A stretch of DNA of 64,000 bases, from positions 17,529 through 81,528 of the forward strand of contig JAFQEG010000030.1 of NCBI GenBank assembly GCA_017399145.1, read 5' to 3'. Positions 1 through 8,511 of the stretch are shown one piece after another. The notes beneath the pieces were generated by a model, which was given only the letters and a program-made list of their open reading frames with translations, had not been told where the DNA came from and did no database searches. This DNA comes from Clostridia bacterium. Lineage in GTDB: Bacteria > Bacillota > Clostridia > Oscillospirales > CAG-272. A program made the translations under genes and the position numbers. Each line of letters begins with the position of its first letter. Positions within the stretch are counted from its first letter, which is position 1.

Positions 1-48
1 GGTCTTTTTAACATTTTTTCTGTTTTGCACAAAATTTTATTAAATTAC

Positions 49-77
49 TTGCAATATTTATTTACTTATGCTATACT
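49..77 (+). promoter_or_regulatory. sigma-A-type promoter for the DUF4234 gene
   Basis: TTGCAA (49-54), 17-nt spacer, TATACT (72-77), about 45 nt upstream of the ATG at 122. Confidence 0.45.
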
Positions 78-121
78 ATCCTTAACGGGATTTTCCCACT
101 TGTATATTTAAGGAGTTTTTT

Positions 122-835
122 ATGGCTGAACAAACAATTAAGAAAACAAGCTTGTTTAAGCATCTTATGCTTTTAATCTTTACCTTTGGTATTTACAGAC
201 TTATTTGGATTGCTCGCACAACTAGATTTTTGAATAAAGGCACTCTTAAAAAGCGTGACCCTATTATTTGTGCCGGTCTTACAATTTTTATTCCATTTTA
301 TAGTCTTTACTGGGCATACAGAACCGGTCTTGCAGTTGATAGCTTAGGCGAAAAGAGAGATGGGCTTATTTCTCTTGCAGGTCTTGCTACTATTCTTTGC
401 GTTGCTTGTCCTTTTGCATCTGACGTATATCTTCAGGGCAAAATCAATGAGCTTGATGCAGAAACAGACTTCTCACAATTCTATGCAGCTGACCTAAGAG
501 AATCTAAGGTTGGTATTGTTAAGTACGTTGTTCTTTCTGTTCTTACACTTGGTATTTACAGATTTATAAGAATTTACAAGCTTACAAATGCACTTAATAC
601 ATCTAACTATGCTGAGCCAAGAAAGGCTGGTAAGTGCGTTGCACTTTCGATATTTGTGCCATTCTACTCTGCTTATTGGGTTTATAAGAGTGCTTTGATC
701 GTTGACTCAATCCTTGCTAACAACAGAATCACAAATACAACTGTTGTGCTTACCTCCCTTGGTGGTATGGTGTTTGCTGAATTGCTACTTCAAGACAGAG
801 TTAACTACATAGCTGACGCACAAAACGATTATTAA
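122..835 (+). CDS. membrane protein with two tandem DUF4234-like modules
   Basis: 237-aa ORF with an internal duplication: FTFGIYRLIWIARTTRFLN...FIPFYSLYWAYRTG versus LTLGIYRFIRIYKLTNALN...FVPFYSAYWVYKSA. AGGAG sits 6 nt upstream of the ATG and a hairpin terminator follows. Confidence 0.7.
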   Translation: MAEQTIKKTSLFKHLMLLIFTFGIYRLIWIARTTRFLNKGTLKKRDPIICAGLTIFIPFYSLYWAYRTGLAVDSLGEKRDGLISLAGLATILCVACPFASDVYLQGKINELDAETDFSQFYAADLRESKVGIVKYVVLSVLTLGIYRFIRIYKLTNALNTSNYAEPRKAGKCVALSIFVPFYSAYWVYKSALIVDSILANNRITNTTVVLTSLGGMVFAELLLQDRVNYIADAQNDY

Positions 836-843
836 TAAAATTA

Positions 844-870
844 AGCCCTCGATTTTTTCGGGGGTTTTTA
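844..870 (+). terminator. rho-independent terminator
   Basis: CCCTCG-attttttt-CGGGGG stem-loop followed by a T-run. Confidence 0.6.
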
Positions 871-886
871 CATATGAGGTGTTATT

Positions 887-1024
887 ATGGACGAAAATAA
901 AAAACAAGAATTAGAAAAAACTGTACTTGAGTACGTTGAAATGACTGATGATGAAAAGATTGATTTTGTAGCTTGGGAAATTTTGACTCGCTACAAGGAA
1001 GGCTTTGAGGATTTGGCGAAATGA
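887..1024 (+). CDS. putative antitoxin partner of Doc (45 aa, acidic)
   Basis: Not in the ORF track because it is under 60 aa. Translation from the ATG at 887 is MDENKKQELEKTVLEYVEMTDDEKIDFVAWEILTRYKEGFEDLAK. Its TGA overlaps the Doc ATG (ATGA at 1021-1024), a classic type II TA arrangement. I recognise no family for it. Confidence 0.45.
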   Translation: MDENKKQELEKTVLEYVEMTDDEKIDFVAWEILTRYKEGFEDLAK

Positions 1025-1398
1025 TTAGGTTATCTTTAGACAAGGTTATGAAATTGCACGAAATGATAAGTGCACAAACAGGTGGTGACCCTAATATTCG
1101 TGATTATGGTCTTTTAGAAAGTGCCCTTGAGGGTCCCTTTCAAACCTTTGGCGATGTTGAGTTATACCCTTCTCTTTTAGAAAAGGGTGTTCGTCTTGGC
1201 TTTACTCTTATTTCTAATCATCCCTTTGTTGATGGCAACAAGCGAATCGGTATGCTTGTTATGCTTGTATTTTTAGAGGTAAATGGTATCTTTATTAAAA
1301 TGACTAATGAAGAGTTTATCAAGGTTGGATTAGGTGTTGCCTCAGGCACGATGAAATACGACGAGTTGCTTGAATTTATGAAAAAGCACGTTTGTTAA
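1021..1398 (+). CDS. doc: Doc (death-on-curing) / Fic-fold toxin
   Basis: 125 aa with the Doc-type Fic motif HPFVDGNKRIG. Its size and 4-nt overlap with the upstream small ORF fit a TA pair. Confidence 0.85.
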   Translation: MIRLSLDKVMKLHEMISAQTGGDPNIRDYGLLESALEGPFQTFGDVELYPSLLEKGVRLGFTLISNHPFVDGNKRIGMLVMLVFLEVNGIFIKMTNEEFIKVGLGVASGTMKYDELLEFMKKHVC

Positions 1399-1491
1399 AA
1401 GTATATTTTACTTTTTTGACTAACTCTCCACCACCAAAGGCGGACCAGGAGAGGAAAGCAGGCTTACTCTATTGTTTGTTAATATGCAGTT

Positions 1492-1644
1492 GTGGAAATA
1501 TGGAAAACAAGGTTTCCCACATTACCACGGGAAGGCTATCTAGTTTAGTTTTTCTTTGTGTGGAAATATGGAAAACTCTTTGAGTTTCCCACATTACCAC
1601 ACGTATTTTACCCTCCAACAAGGAAAACTCAATGAGTTTACCAC
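1492..1644. repeat. three copies of a 17-bp-stem hairpin (GTGGAAATATGGAAAAC / GTTTCCCACATTACCAC)
   Basis: Copy 1 is 1492-1528, copy 2 is 1560-1600, and a degenerate copy 3 is 1622-1644. The two A-C mismatches per stem become G-U wobbles if read from the minus strand. Loops differ (aag versus tctttga). Confidence 0.7.
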
Positions 1645-1732
1645 GTTGAAGGCTAAAGCCTACTGCTATCCGACTCGAAAGGAATTGGATAAAAAAGAAT
1701 ATTATGCAATTTTGGGAGTTATATTGATATGT

Positions 1733-1763
1733 AAAAAAGTCCTTGATTTTTCAAGGGCTTTTT
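1733..1763 (+). terminator. bidirectional-looking rho-independent terminator closing the 1.4-1.76 kb non-coding region
   Basis: AAAAAAGTCCTTGA-ttttt-CAAGGGCTTTTT, with an A-run before and a T-run after. Confidence 0.55.
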
Positions 1764-1813
1764 GTGTGTCTGTTTTAAGGGGGGTATGCACCTTTTAATA
1801 GTATTTAATATGT

Positions 1814-1846
1814 AAAAAAGACCTTGGGTTTTCCAAGGTCTTTTGG
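1814..1846 (-). terminator. terminator of icd
   Basis: GACCTTGG-gtttt-CCAAGGTC (1820-1840), with an A-run on the plus strand (a T-run on the minus strand) directly after the icd stop. Confidence 0.7.
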
Positions 1847-1848
1847 TT

Positions 1849-3066
1849 TTATGCTAGCTTTTTCTCTAGGCGGGAGCGGATTTCCTTGATGAAGGTTAGG
1901 GTGTTTACGGCTGTTGCCTTAGTGCCCTCGGAAACGAGTCCTACTAGGTCCTTAGTCATTATGCCGTCGTTTAGAGTGTCGATGCAGGATTCCTCTAGCT
2001 TGTTTGCGAAGTCAACAAGGCTAGGCAGATTATCAAGCTCGCCTCTTTTACGAAGGGCGCCACTCCATGCGTAGATTGTCGCCATTGGGTTGGTTGAGGT
2101 TTCCTCGCCCTTTAGGTAACGGTAGTAGTGTCTTGTTACTGTGCCGTGAGCAGCCTCGTATTCAAAGTTGCCCTCTGGGGAAACGAGCACGGAGGTCATC
2201 ATTGCAAGAGAGCCGAAGGCAGTTGATACCATATCGGACATAACGTCGCCGTCGTAGTTTTTACAAGCCCAAATATAGCCACCCTCTGAGCGAATTACTC
2301 TTGCTACTGCGTCGTCAATTAGTGTGTAGAAGTAGGTAATGCCTAGCTCCTCAAATTTTGCCTTATAATCGTTTTCGTAAATCTCTTGGAAGATTAGCTT
2401 AAAGGTTTGGTCGTATTGCTTTGAGATTGTATCCTTGGTTGAGAACCACAAGTCCTGCTTTGTTGAGATTGCGTAGTTAAAGCAAGAGTGTGCAAAGGAA
2501 CGGATTGAGGTATCCTTATTATACTGACCCTGTAAAACACCTGGGCACTCAAAGTCGTAGATTGTTTGACGGAATTTTTCGTTGCCGTCTTTGTCGGTGA
2601 ATACAAGCTCTGCCTTGCCCTGCTCCTCGGGGCGATATTCTGTTGATTTATAAACGTCGCCATATGCGTGACGGGCAATTGTAATTGGCTTTTTCCAATT
2701 GCGTACTGCCGGCTTAATTGAGTCAATCAAAATTGGCGCTCTAAATACTGTACCGTCAAGAATTGCACGAATTGTACCATTTGGGCTTTTCCACATTTGT
2801 GTAAGGTTATATTCCTCAACTCTTTGCTTATTTGGGGTAATGGTTGCGCACTTTACGCTAACACCATACTTTTTGTTTGCGTATGCAGAATCAAAGGTAA
2901 CCTTGTCCTTTGTTTTTTCTCTTTCGGGCAAGCCTAGGTCGTAATACTCTGTTTTAAGGTCAACGAAGGGATAAAGCAATTCATCCTTAATCATTTTCCA
3001 AATTACTCTTGTCATTTCGTCCCCGTCCATTTCAACTAGAGGGGTTGTCATTTTGATTTTTTCCAT
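1849..3066 (-). CDS. icd: NADP-dependent isocitrate dehydrogenase (about 405 aa, eukaryote-like homodimeric type)
   Basis: N-terminus [23 protein letters not shown] plus the length and overall sequence are typical of type II NADP-IDH. Confidence 0.9.
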   Translation of the reverse strand: MEKIKMTTPLVEMDGDEMTRVIWKMIKDELLYPFVDLKTEYYDLGLPEREKTKDKVTFDSAYANKKYGVSVKCATITPNKQRVEEYNLTQMWKSPNGTIRAILDGTVFRAPILIDSIKPAVRNWKKPITIARHAYGDVYKSTEYRPEEQGKAELVFTDKDGNEKFRQTIYDFECPGVLQGQYNKDTSIRSFAHSCFNYAISTKQDLWFSTKDTISKQYDQTFKLIFQEIYENDYKAKFEELGITYFYTLIDDAVARVIRSEGGYIWACKNYDGDVMSDMVSTAFGSLAMMTSVLVSPEGNFEYEAAHGTVTRHYYRYLKGEETSTNPMATIYAWSGALRKRGELDNLPSLVDFANKLEESCIDTLNDGIMTKDLVGLVSEGTKATAVNTLTFIKEIRSRLEKKLA

Positions 3067-3133
3067 TTTGTCGCTCCTGTGTCTAAAATTTATACAACTA
3101 TTTTAATCTATTATAGCTAATATTTCAAGTACC

Positions 3134-4447
3134 TTATTGATTTTTTTCGTAAGCGCTCTTACAAAATTCAAAAAAGGCTGTATTGTCTATTCTACCCTTT
3201 AATCTGTTTGCACCTGCACCTACTACAAAAAATGGTACGTCAACGTTTGTGTGGTCCTTTGTTGTAAAGGTATAGTAGGTTTGGCTTTCGTTCGAGATAA
3301 TGCCACCTGTTTCGTGGTCGGCAGTTACAACTAGGGCAACCTCCGGGTGCATTAGTGCGAATTGAGATGCGTAAGTAATTGCGTCATTAAAGCGAATAAC
3401 GCAGTTTATTGTCCTACGCAAATTCCTATCATTTGACGCCTTATCAATGTATGCCTCCTCAATCATTAAAAAGAAGCCGTTTTCATTGTTTAACTGATAT
3501 AGTGCTTCCCTTGTATGATTTGTTAGGTCGTTTCCTACCTCGCCCTGTAAATAGTCAATCTCGCCTTGGCTTACGAGTATGTCGATTTGTGCTTGTAGAA
3601 GGTCCGAATCCTTTCTTGCATCGTGGTGGCAAAGATAGGCACAGGGGGTAGCACCTGTTATTACGTCAGTTGTTATAATTCCTGTTTTTGCGCCACTTAG
3701 GTGGGCTAATTCTCTTATATTCACAAGCGTATTCTTGTCCTTGTCAACTCCTAGGTAGCCATTTAGAGTTTTTGTGCCCGTTGCCATAGCGGTTGCAGAG
3801 GCAGCGCTATCGGTAAATTCAGCCTCGCCGTCAATTACAGATTGGGACTGAGTTATTACTGTGCCGATTGAGGTAAAATCCTTTGCTATAAATCTGTCAA
3901 GAGAGTCCCATTCTGCCATATTTATATGGTTTTGACCCATTCCGTCGCCTATCATAAAGATGACGCTTTTATAGTCATTTTTATAGTAAAAGCTACGGGG
4001 AGTGTCGGTAGTTGGCATATTTTTAAGGTATATTTTTTCTTCCTTAATTTCTAGGTGGTCGTTTAAAAACGCACCACAGCCACCACCTACAAATATACTA
4101 TTTCCTTGAATTACTATTTTGTCATTCCTTATAAATAGCTGATACTGCTTTTCTCTTGGGGTTTTGCTTGTTTGGGATTCCTCTCTATTTGTTTTGCCTA
4201 TTAGGATTTCCTTTTGCAAAGGAGTGTCAGCATCGGTTGTAAGGGGTAGGTCTAGCTTATATTTTTCCTTTATTGTTAGTATGAAATTGTCGGCACAATA
4301 TTTAGTTATAGTGTCTGCATTTTCGGGAATTACTACACGATATTCCTCTAGACTTATTTCCTCACTGCGGGTTACCTCGTTACAGGAAAACAGACACAGG
4401 ATAGCTAAAATTATTGTTAAGACAACTAAAAAGATTTTCTTTTTCAT
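3134..4447 (-). CDS. alkaline phosphatase family lipoprotein
   Basis: Motifs GDGMG, DSAASATAMATG (active-site Ser) and ADHETGG. I chose the ATG at 4447, giving the lipoprotein signal MKKKIFLVVLTIILAILCLFSC. The longer track ORF starts with a GTG inside a hairpin. An extra N-terminal region of about 150 aa is uncharacterised. Confidence 0.85.
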   Translation of the reverse strand: MKKKIFLVVLTIILAILCLFSCNEVTRSEEISLEEYRVVIPENADTITKYCADNFILTIKEKYKLDLPLTTDADTPLQKEILIGKTNREESQTSKTPREKQYQLFIRNDKIVIQGNSIFVGGGCGAFLNDHLEIKEEKIYLKNMPTTDTPRSFYYKNDYKSVIFMIGDGMGQNHINMAEWDSLDRFIAKDFTSIGTVITQSQSVIDGEAEFTDSAASATAMATGTKTLNGYLGVDKDKNTLVNIRELAHLSGAKTGIITTDVITGATPCAYLCHHDARKDSDLLQAQIDILVSQGEIDYLQGEVGNDLTNHTREALYQLNNENGFFLMIEEAYIDKASNDRNLRRTINCVIRFNDAITYASQFALMHPEVALVVTADHETGGIISNESQTYYTFTTKDHTNVDVPFFVVGAGANRLKGRIDNTAFFEFCKSAYEKNQ

Positions 4448-4489
4448 ATTATTACAAGTTGCCCGTGTGACTCTCACACGGGCATTCCT

Positions 4490-4660
4490 TTATTTCTTAT
4501 CTTGCTTATTTGCTCTTTTATTTGCTACGATTTCAAGGATAGTATTTAGTAATAAAACAACTAGAATTATAATTCCTGTTACTATAAATATTCCTATCAT
4601 TCCCGTGGCTAGGATTTGCACGGCTTGACCTAGGGATTCCGGCACGAATTTTAGTACCAT
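4490..4660 (-). CDS. possible small membrane protein, OadG-like (56 aa)
   Basis: Not in the track (under 60 aa). Translation is MVLKFVPESLGQAVQILATGMIGIFIVTGIIILVVLLLNTILEIVANKRANKQDKK, with one TM helix and a basic tail that resemble decarboxylase gamma subunits. The RBS spacing is poor. Confidence 0.35.
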   Translation of the reverse strand: MVLKFVPESLGQAVQILATGMIGIFIVTGIIILVVLLLNTILEIVANKRANKQDKK

Positions 4661-4672
4661 TTCCTTAAATTG

Positions 4673-5836
4673 TTAACGTCTTGCAAGTCTTTTTATAGCC
4701 TCGGAAAGTCCCTTGAGGAATAGGTCCGCCTCGTCTATTGTGTTTTGTGGGCATAGGGAAATTCTTATCGAGCTGTCTATTTGATATGGCTTTAAGCCAA
4801 AGGACGTAAGTGCCCTACTATGTCCTTTGTTTGCATTTGATGAGCAAGCGCTTCCACTTGACACATAGATATTTTTTGAGGATAGGTAATGAAGCGTTGT
4901 TTCACTTCTTATTCCCTTAACCTCTATATTTAAAATATGGGGAGCTGGGCTTTGTGGTAGGTTTAAGGAAACACCATTCATTTGTGAAAGCTTTTCTACT
5001 AGGTATTCTCTTACCCCTGCCATTTTTTCAAGCTCGTCCTTTAGGCACTCGCAGTGCTCACGCACAGCCTCGCCAAAGGCAGAAATGCCATAAACGTTTT
5101 CTGTGCCCGAACGGAAATTGCTTTCCTGTCCACCACCTAGGGTAACTGCTACTAGCTTTTTTGCCTTTATGATTTCCGGTTTTACGTAAAGTGCACCTAC
5201 ACCCTTTGCGCCATTTACCTTGTGTCCACTTATGGTTAGTAGGTCGGCGCCTATGGATTTTACACTTAGGTTGGTTTTGAGATAGGATTGTACGCAGTCT
5301 GCATGGCATACTACATTTGGGGAATTTTCCCTTACTATATCAAAGGCGGTTTTTAGGTCGTAGGTTGCGCCTGTTTCGTTATTTACGTGCATAAAGGTGC
5401 ACAAAATAACGTCCTTTGCGTTTTCCTTAATAAAGTCAATGTCAAGCCTGCCACCCTCGGTTGGCACACGGACTATGCGATAGCCTAGACCCTCTAGATA
5501 GGTAAGAGGCTCCTCAACGGATGCGTGCTCGCCTCTTGTGGTAAGGATTTTTTCGCCACCCTGTCTTTTTTTAGCAAAGACTGTGCCGAAGATTGCAAGG
5601 TTATTAGCCTCGGTGCCACTTGAGGTAAAGATTAGCTCGTTTTTGTTGCCTCGCATAATTCCTAGGGAATTAAGAATTATGTCTCTTGCTTCCTTTATGA
5701 TATGCTCACTATCAAGTCCCTTTTTGTGAAGTGACGAGGGATTACCATAGCTTTCGTTTATGACGGAAAGCATTTTGTCCCTTGCCCTTGCTGACATTTT
5801 GGTAGTGGCGCTATTGTCGAAATAAACCTCACTCAT
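4673..5836 (-). CDS. nifS: cysteine desulfurase (class V aminotransferase, NifS/IscS family)
   Basis: PLP-lysine context SGHKVNGAKGVGALY, C-terminal catalytic loop SSGSACSS, 387 aa. Confidence 0.9.
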   Translation of the reverse strand: MSEVYFDNSATTKMSARARDKMLSVINESYGNPSSLHKKGLDSEHIIKEARDIILNSLGIMRGNKNELIFTSSGTEANNLAIFGTVFAKKRQGGEKILTTRGEHASVEEPLTYLEGLGYRIVRVPTEGGRLDIDFIKENAKDVILCTFMHVNNETGATYDLKTAFDIVRENSPNVVCHADCVQSYLKTNLSVKSIGADLLTISGHKVNGAKGVGALYVKPEIIKAKKLVAVTLGGGQESNFRSGTENVYGISAFGEAVREHCECLKDELEKMAGVREYLVEKLSQMNGVSLNLPQSPAPHILNIEVKGIRSETTLHYLSSKNIYVSSGSACSSNANKGHSRALTSFGLKPYQIDSSIRISLCPQNTIDEADLFLKGLSEAIKRLARR

Positions 5837-6462
5837 CCTAGCTTAAACACCTTCAAAATTTGTTCAATATTGGACTCGTGGTTAGTGTAGGATTTGAAGC
5901 CTACGTCCTCGATTTTGTCGTAATTTGTGCCATAGTTATCCTGTGGGAATGTAAAGGTGATTACATAGAAAACTCCACCATGAAGCACAACTGTTGTCTG
6001 ATATTTATAGTAGTTTCCACCTATTTTTGCAGTATAAACATAGTCACGTCCATTGTAGGGGCTTGTCATATTGCCCTCTGTGTCTGCTACTGCATAGGAC
6101 TCGCCTACCTTACTTTTTGTGCCGTTTACCTTGAATTGCACGTCGGTAAATACCTGCTCTAGCTGGGACTTATACTCTATTAGGAATGCGTCGTGGTCCT
6201 TACAGGTATCGCTTATCTGCCAATACATAACGGACACGTTTGCAATATCGGTATCGCTTGCCTGTGCTCTTACAACGGCAGGGGTTGATTCGTTAATCTG
6301 CCATCCCTCGGGTACAAAAAGCTTGTACAATTCTGAACATGAGGCAAGCTTCATTCCCTTTGGAACCTCGGTATCATTATTACAGCCACAGCCGAAAAGG
6401 CAAGCGGTTAGAATAACGAGGACTAGGGCTATTGGTAAAATTCTTTTTAACATTCTTTTCAT
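5833..6462 (-). CDS. lipoprotein of unknown function
   Basis: Signal plus lipobox MKRMLKRILPIALVLVILTACLFGCGC. The stop overlaps the nifS start (ATGA). Confidence 0.6.
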   Translation of the reverse strand: MKRMLKRILPIALVLVILTACLFGCGCNNDTEVPKGMKLASCSELYKLFVPEGWQINESTPAVVRAQASDTDIANVSVMYWQISDTCKDHDAFLIEYKSQLEQVFTDVQFKVNGTKSKVGESYAVADTEGNMTSPYNGRDYVYTAKIGGNYYKYQTTVVLHGGVFYVITFTFPQDNYGTNYDKIEDVGFKSYTNHESNIEQILKVFKLG

Positions 6463-6471
6463 TTTAACTCC

Positions 6472-7446
6472 TTATAGGTTGTTTGCAAGTGAGACTGTTA
6501 GCTTAACTGCCTCTTTTACGTCAACCATATCTATCATTTCAACCGAGGAATGAATATATGCGCTTGGAATTGAGATAGCGCCTGCTAGGCATCCCCCTGC
6601 AGTTACTTGAATACCTGCGGTATCAGTACCACCATAAGGAAGGACCTCGTTTTGATACTTTATGCCGTTTTCCTTGGCAATTCTTTGCATATCCTTGACA
6701 AGTGACGGCGCGCAAATAACGCTTGAATCCTTTAATTTAATAGCACAGCCCTTGCCTAATTCAATAGCTAAGGGGGTTGCGCCTGGCTTGTCGCCTGTGC
6801 CTGTTACGTCAAGGGCAATACCGATGTCCGGTCTTACTGTGTAGGTAACCGGCTTTGCGCCTCTGCCACCTACCTCCTCCTGTATGGAAAATACAAAGTA
6901 AAGGTCGTTGTCGGTTTTTACTTCCTTTAGTGCTTCAATTAGGATTGCACAGCCTACTCTGTCGTCAAAGGGTCTGCCTACGTATCTTTGATTCATTAGC
7001 TTTTTTATGCTTGGCTTTACAACGAAGAAGTCGCCTAGGCTAACCTTTGACTCTGCTTGCTTTTTGGTCCTTGCGCCGATGTCGATATACATTGACTCTG
7101 CCTTTAGTGTATCCTCTGATTTTTCCGGTACGATTACACCATCAACTCCGTTTTCAGAAATAACCTCGGTAAATGAGGCAGAGGTTAGGTTTACACCACC
7201 TACCGGGCTAATTTTGATAAAGCCCTTATCTGTAATATAGGTAACGAAAAAGCCGATTTCGTCCATATGGGCGCAAAACATTATTTTTTTGCCATTGCCC
7301 TTTTTGTGTGCGATTAGGTTACCTACTGGGTCGGTGATTACCTCGTCAACGTAAGGGGACACCTGGCTTTTGATAACCTCTCTTATTTTATCCTCTCTTC
7401 CTGAAACGGAAGGGGTAAGCATTAGCTTTTTTAGTAAATCTATCAT
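6472..7446 (-). CDS. M42 family metallopeptidase (glutamyl aminopeptidase / FrvX-like)
   Basis: HMDEIGF motif, DDRVGCA, EEVGGRGA, 324 aa. Confidence 0.85.
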   Translation of the reverse strand: MIDLLKKLMLTPSVSGREDKIREVIKSQVSPYVDEVITDPVGNLIAHKKGNGKKIMFCAHMDEIGFFVTYITDKGFIKISPVGGVNLTSASFTEVISENGVDGVIVPEKSEDTLKAESMYIDIGARTKKQAESKVSLGDFFVVKPSIKKLMNQRYVGRPFDDRVGCAILIEALKEVKTDNDLYFVFSIQEEVGGRGAKPVTYTVRPDIGIALDVTGTGDKPGATPLAIELGKGCAIKLKDSSVICAPSLVKDMQRIAKENGIKYQNEVLPYGGTDTAGIQVTAGGCLAGAISIPSAYIHSSVEMIDMVDVKEAVKLTVSLANNL

Positions 7447-7458
7447 TTTTCCCTCTCC

Positions 7459-8511
7459 TTATTTTAGTGGGTTTTTATCGGTTAGGACTGATAAAACCGT
7501 TTTGTAAATGCTTTCTATATCGGTTTTGTGAATTACGTTTGATGAGGAATGAATATATCTTGATGCTGAGGAAATTACACTTACCTTAGCACCACCTGCG
7601 CTACGTTGAATATTGGCAGAATCGTTACCGCCTGATACGTATTGGTTTACCTGATATTTAATTCCGTTATTTTCGCAAAGTGCCATAATATGCTTAATTA
7701 AGTCACGGTCAAAGATTGTGCCACAGTCGGCAAAGGAAATTACTCCACCATTACCTAGCTTTGCAACCTGTCTTTCCTCGCTTACTCCGTAAAGGTCGGA
7801 CACTGCCTTAGATTCTATTATTATTGCGTAGTCTGGCTTTATTCTTTCGCTAGCACCGAAGCAAGAGGAATAGCCTAGCTCCTCACGGCAGGTGAAGGCA
7901 AAATATAGGTCGTAGGGTATGTCTATTTTTTGGTCCTTTATGTCCATTATTAGCTTAACCATAATGGCACAGCCTAGACGGTCGTCAAGTGCCTTTGAGC
8001 AAATTAAGCCCTCGCCAAATTCAACATAGGGCAAATCAAAGGTGAAGTAGTCACCGATTGATACTAGCTTTTCTGCCTCCTCCTTGCTTTCTGCACCGAT
8101 GTCGATTACTAAATCCTCTACCTCGATTGGCTTTTTCCTTGCCTTGCGAGAAATAAGGTGGATTGGCTTAGATAGAATAACGCCCCTTAGTCCGTTTTCG
8201 CAAATTACCTTTTTTGAGGGTAGGATTATAGTGTCAAAGCCACCTACTGTGCCAAAGGAAAGGGTACCGTCGCCTTGGATTGAGGTAACCATAAAGCCAA
8301 CCTCGTCCATGTGGGCATTTATCATTAGTCTTGGTGCGTTTTCCTTAGGTATGTGGTAGTAAAGATTGCCTACCTTGTCAAAAAATAGCTCTGCATTGTC
8401 TAGCTTATAGGGGGTTATTAGCTCCTTGATTCTTTCGCTAATTAGGTCCTCGTTGCCACTTGGTCCAAAGAGGGTGCAAAGGTCCTTGTTTAATTTTAAA
8501 AGCTCCTTCAT
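7459..8511 (-). CDS. M42 family metallopeptidase, paralog 2
   Basis: HMDEVGF, DDRLGCA, 350 aa. Confidence 0.85.
   Translation of the reverse strand: MKELLKLNKDLCTLFGPSGNEDLISERIKELITPYKLDNAELFFDKVGNLYYHIPKENAPRLMINAHMDEVGFMVTSIQGDGTLSFGTVGGFDTIILPSKKVICENGLRGVILSKPIHLISRKARKKPIEVEDLVIDIGAESKEEAEKLVSIGDYFTFDLPYVEFGEGLICSKALDDRLGCAIMVKLIMDIKDQKIDIPYDLYFAFTCREELGYSSCFGASERIKPDYAIIIESKAVSDLYGVSEERQVAKLGNGGVISFADCGTIFDRDLIKHIMALCENNGIKYQVNQYVSGGNDSANIQRSAGGAKVSVISSASRYIHSSSNVIHKTDIESIYKTVLSVLTDKNPLK

Noticed and set aside
1392-1798. Track ORFs 1392-1583 and 1556-1798 downstream of Doc.
   Set aside because: They span the triple hairpin repeat, have no RBS and show low-complexity or odd composition. 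The region is better explained as structured non-coding DNA or RNA.
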